Below, piece by piece: positions 63,606 through 64,000 of a DNA stretch of 64,000 nt. Source of the stretch: a virus (Duplodnaviria; Heunggongvirae; Uroviricota; Caudoviricetes); the IMG/VR virus record IMGVR_UViG_3300005918_000016; one strand, given 5' to 3'. The translations under genes were made by a program, and so were the position numbers. How positions within the stretch are numbered: the stretch's first letter is position 1; every line of letters starts with the position of its first letter. Below the pieces are notes generated by a model. The model searched no databases, was not told where the DNA came from, and saw only the letters and a program-made list of their open reading frames with translations.

Positions 63606-63631
63606 TTGACACCCCAACGCCCAAGGAGTAG
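63606..63631 (+). promoter_or_regulatory. TTGACA-N14-GAGTAG variant of the element motif, followed by hairpin CCCCAG-ACT-CTGGGG
   Basis: Same -35-like to GAGTAG spacing as GATCAT-N14-GAGTAG. Confidence 0.3.
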
Positions 63632-63781
63632 GAAAGTTGGGAGGCCCCAGACTGGGGATCGCTGAGAATGGCAGCGTCAGTCAGGTCGGGGGCGTAACGC
63701 TAGGTGGCCCGAATGTCAAACCGGCACGAAGAAAGAGATTGCTTGACTCGAATTGAAATCTAGATTCTGTAGGAGTTGCTT

Positions 63782-64000
63782 ATGCCACAGATTCTCTACA
63801 CCCGGTCGAATGATGGTTGTGATGAAGTTCGAGTACGGGAGACGGAGGGTGGCCGTATCTATACACTAGAGCGGCCTACAGGTGCTGAGACGTTCGACTC
63901 GGCACGCAAGCTACTCATCATGGTAACGGGTCATCCTGAGGCTCGTCATTGGACGCTGGACCGTTACTTCCGGACGGGGCGTCACACCCCTAGAGGCAGG
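63782..64000 (+). CDS. partial ORF running off the window (hypothetical)
   Basis: ATG at 63782 after a TTGCTT-N16-TAGATT promoter-like sequence; no stop before the window end. Confidence 0.3.
   Translation, partial: MPQILYTRSNDGCDEVRVRETEGGRIYTLERPTGAETFDSARKLLIMVTGHPEARHWTLDRYFRTGRHTPRGR

Noticed and set aside
63304-63781. Possible tRNA/att site in the terminal non-coding stretch
   Set aside because: No acceptor/T-arm pattern (no GTTCGAAT/GGTTCRANYCC-like T-loop with matching acceptor stem) could be found by eye; left as a generic non-coding region.

Overview
This 64 kb window (~60% GC) opens with a CRISPR array (1-1112) and then runs into a very gene-dense region that reads like a virus or other mobile element: mostly small genes on the + strand, frequent ATGA/TGATG start-stop overlaps, and many Cys-rich mini-proteins. 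No cas genes and no capsid, terminase or portal homologues are recognisable in the window.

The array has 16 units of the 36-nt repeat GTCGCATCCTCTAACAAAGGATGCGTGGATTGAAAC. Its 3' end is degenerate.

What I can call from the sequence:
- An SLT-like secreted protein.
- A DUF262 (DGQQR) protein.
- A flotillin/SPFH protein.
- A Gp37/Gp68 (DUF5131) protein.
- RNase HI.
- An ECF-type sigma factor.
- MBL-fold and DHH/DHHA1 hydrolases.
- HExxH metalloproteases.
- An NAD-dependent DNA ligase.

The ligase is 'fractured' by a DnaE-like split intein, with a free-standing endonuclease gene between its two halves.

The most striking feature is a 28-nt motif, GGGATCATC-N13-GAGTAG, found about 27 times. Eighteen copies have an exact 13-nt spacer, and one copy is on the minus strand. 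Nearly every copy sits 12-45 nt upstream of a gene start, and many are followed by a conserved 5'-UTR hairpin (GTGAGGGG-CAAATGA-CCCCT). I interpret it as an element-specific promoter, possibly read by the element's own ECF-like sigma factor.

The region is also crowded with TnpB-type elements:
- Two IS607 copies (serine-recombinase TnpA plus TnpB).
- One TnpB-only element.
- One truncated TnpB.
- A divergent RuvC/TnpB-like gene that lacks the zinc finger and is paired with a small HTH gene.
- Two MITE-like derivatives that keep only the left end plus the ~280-nt omegaRNA/right-end segment. One of these sits inside a CRISPR-repeat-like sequence.

Two further solitary CRISPR-like repeats (22399-22434 and 47215-47251) keep the 12-nt 3' handle GTGGATTGAAAC perfectly and preserve the hairpin through compensatory changes. 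They lie next to the MBL and DHH nuclease genes and are candidate RNA anti-CRISPR units or array-recombination sites.

Two paralogous protein families also stand out. Four large proteins are built from tandem repeats resembling the integrase N-terminal SAM-like domain. Four small proteins share an AYKVV...GLFVF...GT.L..RV.L pattern.

All functional calls rest on motifs I recognised by eye, without database searches.
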